This document shows positions 49,850 through 61,374 of a stretch of 64,000 nucleotides of DNA, one piece after another. Source of the stretch: Heterodontus francisci (lineage: Eukaryota); the NCBI RefSeq assembly GCF_036365525.1, contig NC_090396.1:26202283-26266282 (forward strand). The letters run 5' to 3'. Made by a program: the position numbers and the translations under genes. The stretch's first letter is position 1. The number at the start of each line of letters is the position of its first letter. Under the pieces are notes generated by a model that did no database searches, was not told where the DNA came from, and worked only from the letters and a program-made list of their open reading frames with translations.

Positions 49850-50150
49850 CATTTTTTGCAATGCAATCTATAAACAGCAATGGGATGAATGACCAGTTAA
49901 TCTGTTTTTGGTGATGCTGGGTGAAGGAGAATTATTAGCCAGAAAAAAAACTCTCTGATTCCTTCTGGGTAGGGCTGTTGGATCTTTAAAGGCAACTGGG
50001 CCAGCAGATGGGATCTCACCTGAAACATGGCACCTCCAAAAATGCAGCACTCCCTTGGTACTTCTTTGCAATGTCAGCCTAGATTGCATTCTCAGGTCCT
50101 TGAATGGAGCTGGAACCTACAATCTTCTGACTTAGAAACGAGTGTGTTAC
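49850..50150 (-). mobile_element. SacSINE1/Deu-like SINE
   Basis: Reverse-complement homology to 61375-61650. Confidence 0.6.
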
Positions 50151-50163
50151 TGATATTTGTTGA

Positions 50164-51043
50164 TGTTACGACCAGGAGCAAAAGGTGTCTAGGGGCCTGT
50201 TACTATCTTTACCTGGTCTTATTGTAACAAAGTTTCATTTTAAACACAGTGTTTTGAGCTCCCCCATTATGAATCCTTATTCACTACTTTCCAATTATAA
50301 GGCAAAGAAATGAGCACAAACAGGCTTTCTATGGTTTAAAGAAGAAAGATGATGTTTATTAAATCTTAAACTTAAACTCTAATATGGTTCACGCTTACGG
50401 ATATACGACGCGCCCACACTAGCATGCACATACGATATAAACCTGCAGATAGTGACAGAAAAGAGCAGAAGAAAAGATAAGTAGAACAGTTTGAGGCACT
50501 TTCTTGTTACTGTTTCTCAAGCTCACTGTAGTCCTTGATTGACGATATGGTACTGCGTTTCATTGGGGCCCAGTAGTCTTCTTAAAACCTTGTTCACGTA
50601 GGAAACCTTTCTCTCTTTGAGTTTACGTGTTTTCACAAGATTCAGTTCCATGGGAAGTGATGAAGGCAGGCAGACAGGAGAGGAGATGTTCTCAGTCCAT
50701 GAGCACACAGCATTCTGTGCCATTCCTTTGTTGGGAGTTCAAATTCAAAAAAACTCCCAGGTTGCCCAGCAGGTTAGTCATGTGACTAACTCCTTAAATG
50801 GAACAGTCACTTCAAAATCCTTTGTTAGAAGTTAAAATTCTCTGCAACAGCCTTAGTCATGTGACTAAAACTAGTCTGACCACTTCTGTGTATTGGGAAA
50901 GTAACTACTGGGTTCCTTTTGTTCCAACACTACTAGTTCTATACAAATGTCCTTCCAGTCAGGGTCTTGCAATTTTAAGTTTTAATGTTCATGTGGTGAA
51001 ATCATGTGTGCCTCAGTCTTGGCAGGTGGAGGTTTGCCTGATA
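50164..51043 (-). mobile_element. Solo LTR (family L1, copy 4)
   Basis: TGTTACG start and 5-bp TSD GTTGA. Homologous to the other three copies. Confidence 0.85.
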
Positions 51044-51790
51044 GTTGAGAACTTTTAGACTGCTTGCAAGTGCCTTCCATCCTTGTTACATTTAATGGGT
51101 ACCCAACGTGGAATGGAAATTCTTTGAATTGCCTGGCTCTGTATGCATAACACACCATTTATCAACACTAAATGAAATTTGCTTATCTGTGTTTTCTTGC
51201 GATGTAATTATCTTTTCCATTTGCCATTCCTTGCATATATTTTGTATAATCTGTCAATTCAATAAGCACTATTGAATTCTTGATTTATGGTCATGTTGGT
51301 TCACTGTTAGAATAGGACAGTTGTACACAGGGATCATCAGCTGTGGTTACAATGCATATCCCAGGTCTCTAAGGAGCAAGCATTCCATTTTCTTCCTCCT
51401 TTAAAGAGCTATGTGATGTTGAATTGCCTCAGAATGAAAATATAATGTGCTTGGTGCAGGAACTATAAATAAAGTAACAGCAAAGTTTGATAAGGGCCGA
51501 AAACGGGTGCGGGGATTGTAATGCAAGATTAACCCATGCCCATTGCTTCCGGTGCAGGCAGCATGCAAACTTTGTGCTGCCTGCTCATTTAAATGTTGTT
51601 TTCCTGCAGCCAGCACTAAACACACAACTGAGTGGCTGCACGCTTGAGCAGGGGCCACAAAATCATGCATCACTTAAAGTTAGCCTGCACTACTTAAAGC
51701 CAGCCTGTACCATTTAAAGGGGAGGTGAATTAGGGCTGCAGCAGGTGCTGGAATTGGTTGCAGAAGAGAGGGTGAGTAGAAAAACAGTGA

Positions 51791-52033
51791 ATGTTGGCAT
51801 GGGATGTCAGAGAGTGGGCTCCAGGATTTTCTGACGCTGCACCGGAAGTCTTTGTGAAAGAGGTGCAGAGGAGGAAATGTACCATCTATCCACATGGGGC
51901 CAAGAGGCCCTACAGACAAATATTCAGAAGGCATTGGGACCGGATAGCCATAGTGGTCAATCCCTGGAGTCTAGCCCTGAGGACCTGGATGCAGTGCTGC
52001 AAAATGTTCGATGACCTCACACAAGTGGTCAAG
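51791..52033 (+). pseudogene. Harbinger Myb/SANT-like exon 1
   Basis: Reads PGFSDAAPEVFVKEV..WDRIA..RTWMQCCKMFDDLTQVVK|GTCAGT. The acceptor TTGCAG at 52312-52317 is followed by EKL. Confidence 0.78.
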
Positions 52034-52788
52034 GTCAGTGACTGCATCTTCAAATACCATATCTCACCAACTGCACCACTGGAAGCACATGCTGCTCAAT
52101 TTGCCACATCCCAATCACTCACCTATCAATAATCTCTATCAATCACGACTCAAAGGTAACATTTATAAGCCTCACCTCACACTCACGCACTTAGCACTGC
52201 TCCAAGCCTCACACCGACATCACATAGCTTGCACACACTGCCAACTATTCAACCATGAAAGCCACATCAACCGAACACATTGCAAGACAGTCATTGACAC
52301 ACTTCCCTCCCTTGCAGGAAAAGTTGGTATTTAGCATCCTTGAAAGTGGATAAATCACTGGGACTGGATGAAATATATTCCATTCTGTTAATGGAAGCAG
52401 GAGAAGAAATAACAGGGGCTCTGACCATCATTTTGCAATCCGCTCTGGCTATAGCATGGTGCCGGCGGATTGGAAGTCTGTTATACAGTTGTTTAAAAAG
52501 GGAAGAAGGAATAGCTCGAGTAATTACAAGCTAGTTAGCCTAACCTCAGTGGTGGGCAAATTATTGGAAAAATTCTGAAATCATATAAATCATCAATTAG
52601 AGAGGCACAGATTAATCAAAGACAATCAGCATGGAGTTCTTCAGGGCAAGTCGTGCCTGACTAACTTGATTGAATTTTTTGAGGAGAGTCGATGAGGGTA
52701 GCACATTTGATATAGTCTAGGTGGCTTTTAGCAAAGCTTTGGACAAGTGCCACATGACAGACTGGTCAGAAAAGTAAAAACTCATGGG

Positions 52789-53066
52789 TGTAATGATGAG
52801 CTGCCACTATATAATGAGTTATTTTTATGTTGTCTGATACAACATGAATGAAATGCATAGAGTCCAGTTGGTTGAAGATTTCAAACAGGTTTATCTACAG
52901 CTAAATATTATATACAGTGCAGAGCTAGCTATTTACAGAACCTTTCTCTAGGTGTTACAGTTACAAAGTGACTCTGGCTCCAAGTCACATGACTGCATCC
53001 TGGCACTTAGCTCATTAGCATACTAAGATCTTAAAGTGACATCACTCTTAAGGCAATCATACAACA
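52789..53066 (-). mobile_element. Solo LTR of the Gypsy family at 58166-61265
   Basis: Termini TGTAAT...ACAACA and perfect 5-bp TSD ATGGG. Homologous to 58166-58421. Confidence 0.9.
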
Positions 53067-53110
53067 ATGGGATGCAAAGGAAAGTGGTAAGTTGGATCCA
53101 AAATTGCCTG

Positions 53111-53286
53111 AGTTAGTCAGGCATGACTTGCCCTTAAGAACTCCATGCTGATTGTCTTTGATTAATCCGTGCCTCTCTAATTGATGATTTATATGATCTC
53201 AGAATTTTTTCCAATAATTTGCCCACCACTGAGGTTAGGCTAACTAGCTTCTAATTACTCAGGCCATTCCTTCTTCCCTTTTTAAA
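53111..53286 (-). repeat. Inverted duplicate of 52492-52666
   Basis: About 175-bp reverse-complement match with few mismatches. Confidence 0.92.
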
Positions 53287-53628
53287 GTGTTATATGGCTG
53301 GAAGACTGTTTCCAGCGGGTTCCACAGGGCTCAGTATTGGGTCTGATGCTGTTTGTGGTATATATCAATGATTTAGAATTAAATGTAGGGGGCATGATTA
53401 AGAAGTTTGCAGATGATATGAAAATTGGCTGTGTGGTTGATAGTGAGGAATTGACACACTGGGCGCGAGTGGCCTGCAGCCATATACAGCAGGTGCCAGC
53501 TCACCGGGGGATGAGGTCACACCTGAGTTCTGCTGCAGAGGACTCAGGTGAGGACTTCAGTGAGGCTTATGGGTATGCACAATGAATTGTTTGGTGTTTG
53601 GGCAGGCCTGTCAGAAAACCTACATGTA

Positions 53629-54353
53629 GGGCAGAATTTTATGCTGGCGGAAGTCGACGCTGAGATCCCCGCATCGCCTCTTTTCCAGAAGGCCCGCCAA
53701 ATTTGGTATCAATCAGGCACTTATTTGGACAGCGGCGGGCGTTCCATTGATTTAGGACCCTGTCACCAGAATTCCTGGCCTTGCAGAGCTGCCAGCTAAT
53801 CAGAGGCTGTGGTTGATGCAGTAGTTGCAGCGACCAGAAACTGAGGAGCGGCGCTGGAACCAAGCTTAAGGGAGATCAGGGCAGGAGGGGTGTCATGAGT
53901 CGGGGGTCGTGGGGAAGTGGGGAATGGGGTTCAGCAGCAAGGGCAGGGGGTGGCCCTCAGCGGGCCCCAACCCTTCCCGATGCCAGTCCCTCGTTTAGGC
54001 ACAAATTGACTTTGAGCGAGGGAATGCCCCCCCCACCCCCACCCTTCCCCTGGAGCCAGAAAGCAGCCCGCATGTTTTTTGTGCCATGCGTCCCATGCAG
54101 GGACAAGACTGCCTGCCGCATGGGAAATCGTGGCTGCAGCGGGAAGAGGCCCTTAATTAAGGGTTACTTACCCAATTCAGGGCCTCAGTTGGCAGCAAGG
54201 CAGGAAGGCCATTCACAGGCCTTCCTGCCCCAGGCTAAATTTTGGCGGAGGCGGGATTGTGGCTGGGTCCCCCCTGCCCCGCCACCATCCCACCCGATTT
54301 TATGCTCTCCCTGCCTCCCAACCCGCCACAGGGGAGAGCATAAAATCCCATCT
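53629..54353 (+). mobile_element. Harbinger-type MITE inside the Harbinger Myb gene
   Basis: TIRs GGGCAGAATTTTATGCT / AGCATAAAATCCCATCT, TSD GTA/GCA, and a terminal hairpin. Confidence 0.75.
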
Positions 54354-55219
54354 GCAATGTCAAGGAGCATGGAGGAGTCCAGCTCCAACTTGGCACAGAG
54401 TTTTGTCCAGAGCTTGGAACCCATCCTTTCAACATGGAAGCGGTGGCCAAATCAAGCAGCACATTTGCAGACCCAGCTATGTTGCAGCGCCTGATGGCTG
54501 ATGTCTCAGCTTCCATTGTAGCTCAGGTAGAAGCCATCCGACGTCTGAGTGCCATACTGGAAGCTCAGACTGGAGTCATGCTAGCTGCCACGGAAGTTCA
54601 GACTTCTGTTAGCATAGCTGTGATACTAGTGTGCAAAGTGGCTTATAGCATCTGAAAACAGTCCAGCAATCGAACATGGCTAGGAATGCTGAGGCACTAT
54701 CCTGAGGGAGTGACAGTGGCTTCCTGGAGCACGAACCTGTTGTCCTCTCTCAGGATGACAGCATTCATCCTTACACCACTGTCACTTCACTCATGCCCTT
54801 TCGGTTGCCTGTTAGCCAGCCAACCCAGGGTGCTTTTGCAAAGCCAAGATGGTACAGTCCGAAGCTTGGGCTTCTGGGACCAGAGTTGCTTGAGGTCATC
54901 CTGCAAGGCCAATAGCAGTCTGCCCAACTGAAAGTCAACCTCCTCCTCCCAGCCATGCTTCAGTCACTGAGGTGGCACTGATTAGGAGCACTAGGACAGG
55001 CAATGGCATACGGAAGACGGGTATGAAGGAAATGCACAAGGGTGATTCATTGACTTTTGTATGGAACATTGGATGGTATGACTGATAAAGTTAGTTTGTA
55101 ATTTTTTTTTGTGGTGGCTTTTATTTCACCATTGTGGCCAAGAGACCACTGTGATGGTCAGTAACAAAGGGAAGCTAAGGTGTATGTGTTGGTGAATGTG
55201 GAATTGGAGTTGTATTCAC

Positions 55220-56216
55220 TAGTACTTCTTTCTCCTCCTCCTCCTCCTCAGCTGCTTGCCACATAGCTGGTGGCAAGGACTGTGCCCTCATGATGGCATG
55301 TTTGTGCAGGATGCAGCAGACCACGACAAGTATTGACGCATGGCGAGTACGCAGGGCTCCTCTAGAGCAGTGCAGGCAGTGGAATCCTTTCTTAAGCAGC
55401 CCAATGGTCTGCTCAATGGCTTTTTGTGTGGCAGCATGGCTCTTGTTATATGAATTCTACTCACGTGTGATTGGGTTGTGCACTGAAGTCATAAGCAGAT
55501 TTCAGCAGATAGCCTTTGTCGCCCAGCAGCCACCCTCTGGTTTTTGTGGTGGTTCAAATGCAGATGGTACAGCAAACTGCTGCAGAATAAAGGTATTGTG
55601 ACTGTTGCCAGGATACTGGGCTATGATGTGCTCGGTATGGTTGTGCACCAGCTGGATATTGAGGGAGTGAAGTCCCTTTCAGTTGTAGTAAATCTCTGAA
55701 TTTACATGTGGCACCTGCAAAGTGACATCTGTGCAGTCAATGGCACCCTGCACCTTAGGGAAGCCTGCTATCCTGACAAAGCCATGTGTTCACTCTGCCT
55801 GCTTCAATCTGCCAAGAGAGAATGAAATGTAGTCAGCTCTTCTGGAACACAGAGCCTCAGTGACCTCCCTTATGCTCGGAGATGTTGCAAATCCTCCTGT
55901 CCCAGCCTGGAAGATGCCAGACACATAAAAGTTCAGGGACTTCACAGTCACTGGCAATGCTGTCCTTGCCCTGCTCTGGGGCTGCAGCTTGGGCTGCAAT
56001 AGGTGACAGATTTCAGTGAGCACCTGCTTGGTGAAGTGGAGATGTCTAACACACTGTTCCTCTCTGAGGTTGAGAGAGGAGAATTGCTCCCTAAAGACCC
56101 TGGGTGGATTTGGCTTCCTACTGAAAGCCTTTCTACCCTCTTCCTCCTCCCTCTTCAAGCAGCTTGCCCTCCTCTGTGTGGCCTCTACATGCTGCAGGCC
56201 AAGCTGAAGCACCCAT
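55220..56216 (-). pseudogene. Harbinger (HARBI1-family) DDE transposase pseudogene
   Basis: Motifs GFPKVQGAIDCTDV, YN*KGLHSLNIQLV, WLLGDKGY, AIEQTIGLLK and an acidic tail. Contains TGA stops and frameshifts. Confidence 0.9.
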
Positions 56217-56530
56217 TTATGAGAGCAAGCGGTTTGAGCAGAACCCTTGAAGTTAGAACCAAGACCTTCACCATGTGCCACACCACTCCCTAGAGACTTC
56301 AACAACTTCAAATAGTAGCACAAAGCACCAACTCAGAAGCAGCCAGTAGCAATCAATCAGCAACTAACCTGAAAGCAATTGATGATCCCTTTAAATAGCA
56401 CTGGTGGGGGATGGGCAGGGTAAGTTCCTTCCTGCTGCTGAAAGCTTGTTCAGTTGTCCATGTGTAAGAGAGGGCATTAGTTGGAGCGTTGTGATTGAAT
56501 AGGCATCCAGAGAAAACCTGCATTGGATTG

Positions 56531-57274
56531 TGAAAAAATCTGAAAATGCTGGAAATACACAGCAGGTTTGGCAGCATCTGTGGACAGAGAAACTGAGTTA
56601 ACATATCAGGTGTGTGACCATTCATCAGAACTGAGAAAAGCTGGAAATAATAATAGGTTTTGAACAAGTGTAAAGTGGGAGGGTGTTGTTGTTTGATGTA
56701 CCAACCTCTACCTAGCAGAGGCTGAACACCAACTCTCTGAAACTTCCTCCTACCTCCCCCTGGACCATAACCCCACCACCAAACATCAAGTCATTGTTCT
56801 CAGGACTGTCATTGGCCTCCTCTCCTCTGGAGATCTTCCCTCCACAGCCTTCAATCTCATAGTCCCCCAACCCCAAACAGCCTGCTTCTACCTCCTTGCT
56901 AAAATTCACAAACAGGACTGCCCTGGTAGAGCCATCATTTCAGCCTGTTCCTGCTCCACTGAACTGATTTCTTCCTATCTTGACTCTATTTTTTTCTCCT
57001 GTTGTCCACTCTCCTCCCACCTACATCTGTGACTCTCCCGATGCCCTCTGTCACTTTAACAGTTTCCAGTTGCCTGGCCGTAGCCATCTCTTTTTCACCA
57101 TGGATGTTCAATCTCTCTATATCTTCATCCCCCGCCAGGATGGTCTGAGAGTTCTCCACTTCTTCCTTGAATGGAGGCCCAACCAGCCCCCATCCACCAC
57201 CACACTTATCCACCAGAGCAGCTGAGCATTTTCTGTTTTTAATTCAGATTTCCAGCACCCACAGTGTTTTGCTT
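56531..57274. mobile_element. Rearranged PLE (inverted terminal piece and + strand RT fragment)
   Basis: 13-bp TSD CTGCATTGGATTG, RT motif FTMDVQSLY, and a hammerhead-like motif at 56596-56632 (-). Confidence 0.82.
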
Positions 57275-58165
57275 CTGCATTGGATTGGATTGAGAGTCCT
57301 TTAGGATTGTACAGTCCTTAACAAGTAATTTATTTTGCATTATCTAACTTTTGCAAACACATTTATCATTGGATGTGGGTATGTTAGTCCAATGTAATCG
57401 TCTTGTTCATCTATGGTTTTGTTAATGTTTAGCCAGAGCGGGAAATAATTTTCAAGACGTTCAGTTTAAAAATAAACTTGGAGAATTATATGTATCCTCA
57501 TCTCTCTCGAGTAGAACTCACCCTTGCCTGATCAGCTAGATTGGCAGAGGGGTCAGTGAGCAGATGGAGTTAGGTTTCAGATGGGTGAATTGCACAGCTG
57601 TAGCTTGTCCAATCCACCCACACTGTTGTCAGCCCTGGCGAATTTTTTCAATGTGTAAATATATTTTTAATTGGATTGTTAATGGCAGGATTTCAAATCA
57701 GTGACCACATCACTCCCAATGTACAAGCTGCAGTTACAGTAAATGTTCCCCTTTTTCATGCAATCCAAATGCTAGCTAATATCTATTAAAGTGCAGGAAT
57801 TATAACTCCTCCAATGGCTTTGGGTAAAAGCATGACTTGATGCGACAATGAGGTATAGAGGTATGAATGTTCCCAATTTAAATACACAGTTTGTGTTAAA
57901 TTACTTAATGTCATTCAGGATACTAGATGGGTGCTGCAAATGGGCACAGTGCCCTGAACCTAAGGAGGTGACAGTAATCATCCAGGGTTCCTGCCCCTGG
58001 TTATGAGCCATGATTCAACATACAGACATGGATTATTACAGTTATTGCACTCCGATGCTCATGCAGCCTACCAGGGTTTATAGCTGCAGCTCAGACAGGA
58101 AAAATGGCTGATGCTGCTGCCTGTGGAACTGTACCAAAGCAAGAGTCAGCACCTTGGGTGGGAAC

Positions 58166-61100
58166 TGTAATGAGAAGCTTTTTATGTTGTCTGATGCACC
58201 ATAAATGAGATGCGTGGAGTTCTATTGGTTGAAAATCTCAAACAGGTTTACAAATAGCTAACTATTACGTACAGCACAGAGCTAACTATTTACAGAAGCT
58301 GCCTATTGGTGTTACAGTAGCACAGTGAATCTGGCATGTAGTTACATGACTGCATCCTGGCAAGTAGTTCATTAGCATACTAAGATCTTAAACGGACATC
58401 ACTTTTAAAGGCAATCACACATCCCCTTTCTTTCCAAAGATAAGTCTCGTATGTTAATAGTAAAAATACATAAAATTAAATAGCATCAAAATTATTTACC
58501 CATGAATAGAGATTGTGAAATTTACAAATATAGAGGCTTAGGAGTCCATATATTGTTTTGGTGGTTTGACAACTCTTCCAGATCTGATTATGGTATTACC
58601 TTCTGGGGATGTGGATTTCACCCTTGGCTGTCCTGGGTTTACAGGCATGTTCTCGATGTGTTGGCTGTCGTCCTGCTGATCTGTCACACCCCCACTGTCA
58701 TAGCATGCTCCCTCGAGTCTGCTGTGTACAATTGGAGTACTGCACAACCCTCTCAGTTGGCTCTGGTTCCTTCTTAACACCACTCCACTAGTTGTTGTAA
58801 TCTCATAGGACCTAGGCTCACTGCACACTCCAGACACCTCTGCAGGCAACCATGTTCTCACTGTGGGATGTATGACCCTGACCTTTTGTCCTACGTGTAG
58901 CTGAGGTAGTTCCACCCCTGCGTGTCGGTCATGCACCGTCTTCATTCACCCTTGTTTTTCGAGCAGTGTCTCCTGCACCTCAGAGAATTTGAACAGATGA
59001 TCGCTTGCCAGAGTCGTCTGCACTTGTCTACCAAACAGGGTCTGTACTGGTGACAGTAAGCCCATATCCATAGGTATAGCTCTGAGGTGGAGCATGGCAA
59101 CACGAAAGTCCTGTTTCATTGCCCTACACTTTAGAAAGATGCTTTGACTGTGCGGTCCATTCACTCAGTGGGACCATTAGATCTAGGGTAATGTGGTGAG
59201 GACATCATATGGGTGTAAACCCCATTTGGTGCACATATCCCTAAAAGGTTTGCCCGTATACTGTGGTCCATTGTCAGAAATGATTTCTTCAGGTGCACCA
59301 AATAGACTGAATATAGCACTCAATGTGTCTGCGACAACCCTGCTTCAAGTGTCTTTTACCTGTCTAACAATTGGAAATTTGGAGAAATAATAACTAATAT
59401 AAAGTCGTCTCCATTAACGGAAAATAGGTCAGTGGCGATTTTGGACTAAGGGACTGATGGAATCTCGTGAGGGTGTAGAGGTTCTTTGTGTTGTTGTGGT
59501 TGGTGGCTCTGGCATGCCTCGCGCATCCTCACTAAATTTTCAATGTCACCGTTGATCCCTGGCCAATAAACAGTGTCTCATGTCATTCACTCTATACCCA
59601 TATGGCCTTGGTGAAGTTGTGACAAAAGCGCTTTGGGCACAATCACTTGTTTTCCCTTGAAGGTGATGCCTCTCAAGTTACCAAGTTCATCTCTATAAGG
59701 CCAGAAGCATCTGAGGGTTTCTGGCACCTCTTTTACCGTATCAGGCCAGCCTTCTATGATGACTCTCTACAGTGCCTTCAGTTGTGGCTCATTGGCTGTT
59801 TCGGATTGTAGTTGGTCGCTTTTGTGCTGAGCAAAATGCAATAGTCGATTTTGAGCACATCTTCCACTTTGATGTCCATGCTGTCTACTTGTAGATCCAG
59901 TGGAACTTCTTCATTCTTGTCCAGATTTGGCAATCTGGTCAGTGTATCCGAGGTGACCATTTTGGTACCTGGTTTGTAGCAGACGTCGAAGTTGTACCCC
60001 TGTACTTTCACTAAGAGTCACTGTAGTCAAGGTGGTGCGCTTGTCAGTGGTTTGCGCCAGATCATCTCCAGTGGCTTGTGGTCAGTTTCTACCATGAACT
60101 GCTTACCGAACAGGTAGGTGTGGAACGTTGTGATCCCAAACACCAGAGCAAGTGTTTCACGCTCTATGTTTGAGTAATTGAGACTGTGCTGAGCATAAAC
60201 ATTTGGATCCGAATGCAATTGGTTTGCCATCCTGTAGGATGCACACTCCGAGCCCTTTCCGTGAGGCATCGACTTCCATGATGTTTTTTTCCTGGGATTG
60301 TAGTACTTCAGGGTATAGGTTTCTGCTGCCAATGCTTGTTTGAGAGACTCAATCACATGCTGATGGTCCTCCTGCCATACAAATGGTACGTCTTTCTTTA
60401 AGAGCTCTCTCAGTGATGGTGCTTTGTCAGAAAAATTTGGAATGTATGGTGCCAAAAAGTTGAATAATCCAAGACATCTCGGGAGGTCTTCCTTGTCTTG
60501 TGGGGTAGGCATATGCCTTACAACTTTGACTTTGCCTGGGTCGGGATGGATTCCGCAACCGGAATAGATGGAGCCAAAGAAATTGATCTGACTTGCATTC
60601 ACCTGGCATGCCTTGCTGTTAAAAATGAGCCCTTCGCGATGAGCTACTGCCATCAGGGAATGGAGATTTTGATCATGTTCTTCTTTGGTTTTCCCATTAC
60701 TGCAATATCATCGGCAAAGTATATTCAGCCAGGCACATTTTCTATAATTCTGTCCATATATTGCTGAAACAGATCTTGACAGACAGATAAGCCAAAGGGT
60801 AGTCTCTAGAAGCAATATCTTCCAAATGTTGAATGTTGTGACCTCTTGAGATTCCTCATCTAGGTGTACCAACCAACTGCTCACAGTGACTTATTTGCAG
60901 CCTGAGGTGAGTTTTTTTTTCTTTGCACTGTTTGGGGCAGTGTTTCTTTAAACTTTGTCTCTTTTAGCTATAGGTAATTTTTTGAAGCTGTTTTCCTGTG
61001 GTCTTCAATCTTGGATTTTGTCTTCTCATCACAGATAATGCAACATAAATGAGATTTTTGGAGTTTCATTGGTTGAAGATCTCAAACAGGTTTATTAACA

Positions 61101-61265
61101 GCTAACTATTATATACAGCACAGAGCTAACTATTTACAGAAGCTGCCTCTTGATACTGTAGCAGAGTGAATCTAGTAAGTAGTCACATGACTGCATCCTG
61201 GCACGTAGCTCATTAGCATACTAAGATCTTAAAGGGACATCACTCTTAAAGTCAATCACACTATA
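58166..61265 (-). mobile_element. Internally deleted Gypsy LTR retrotransposon
   Basis: Direct LTRs at 58166-58421 and ~61035-61265, polypurine tract GGAAAGAAAGGGGA on -, TSD GGAAC/AGAAC, and pol remnants. Confidence 0.9.
58538..60870 (-). pseudogene. Gypsy pol remnant (RT - RNase H - integrase)
   Basis: RNase H motif NYSNIERETLA..VETDHKPL, integrase motif ISDNGPQY, and C-terminal PRSY..RRN. Multiple frameshifts. Confidence 0.88.
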
Positions 61266-61374
61266 AGAACTTGAAGAAACTCAATGGGAGTTACAGACCT
61301 TTGCAATTATTAAGCTAAATATTGAATCTGAAATAAACTGCCTATGATTGAAATAGTTTTCTAGTGGTCGCGCT

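Larger units (their letters stand above)
52328..53450 (+). mobile_element. CR1 RT internal fragment
   Basis: Peptides KVDKSLGLD and YINDL..KKFADD. Contains a solo LTR and an inverted duplication. Confidence 0.8.
51493..56510. mobile_element. Decayed, formerly autonomous PIF/Harbinger transposon with convergent Myb and transposase genes
   Basis: Myb/SANT gene on + and DDE transposase on -. Interrupted by a CR1, an LTR and a MITE. Termini are approximate. Confidence 0.8.

Noticed and set aside
55220-56216. Domesticated host HARBI1 gene
   Set aside because: It has in-frame stops and frameshifts and is paired with a Myb gene inside a transposon-like unit.
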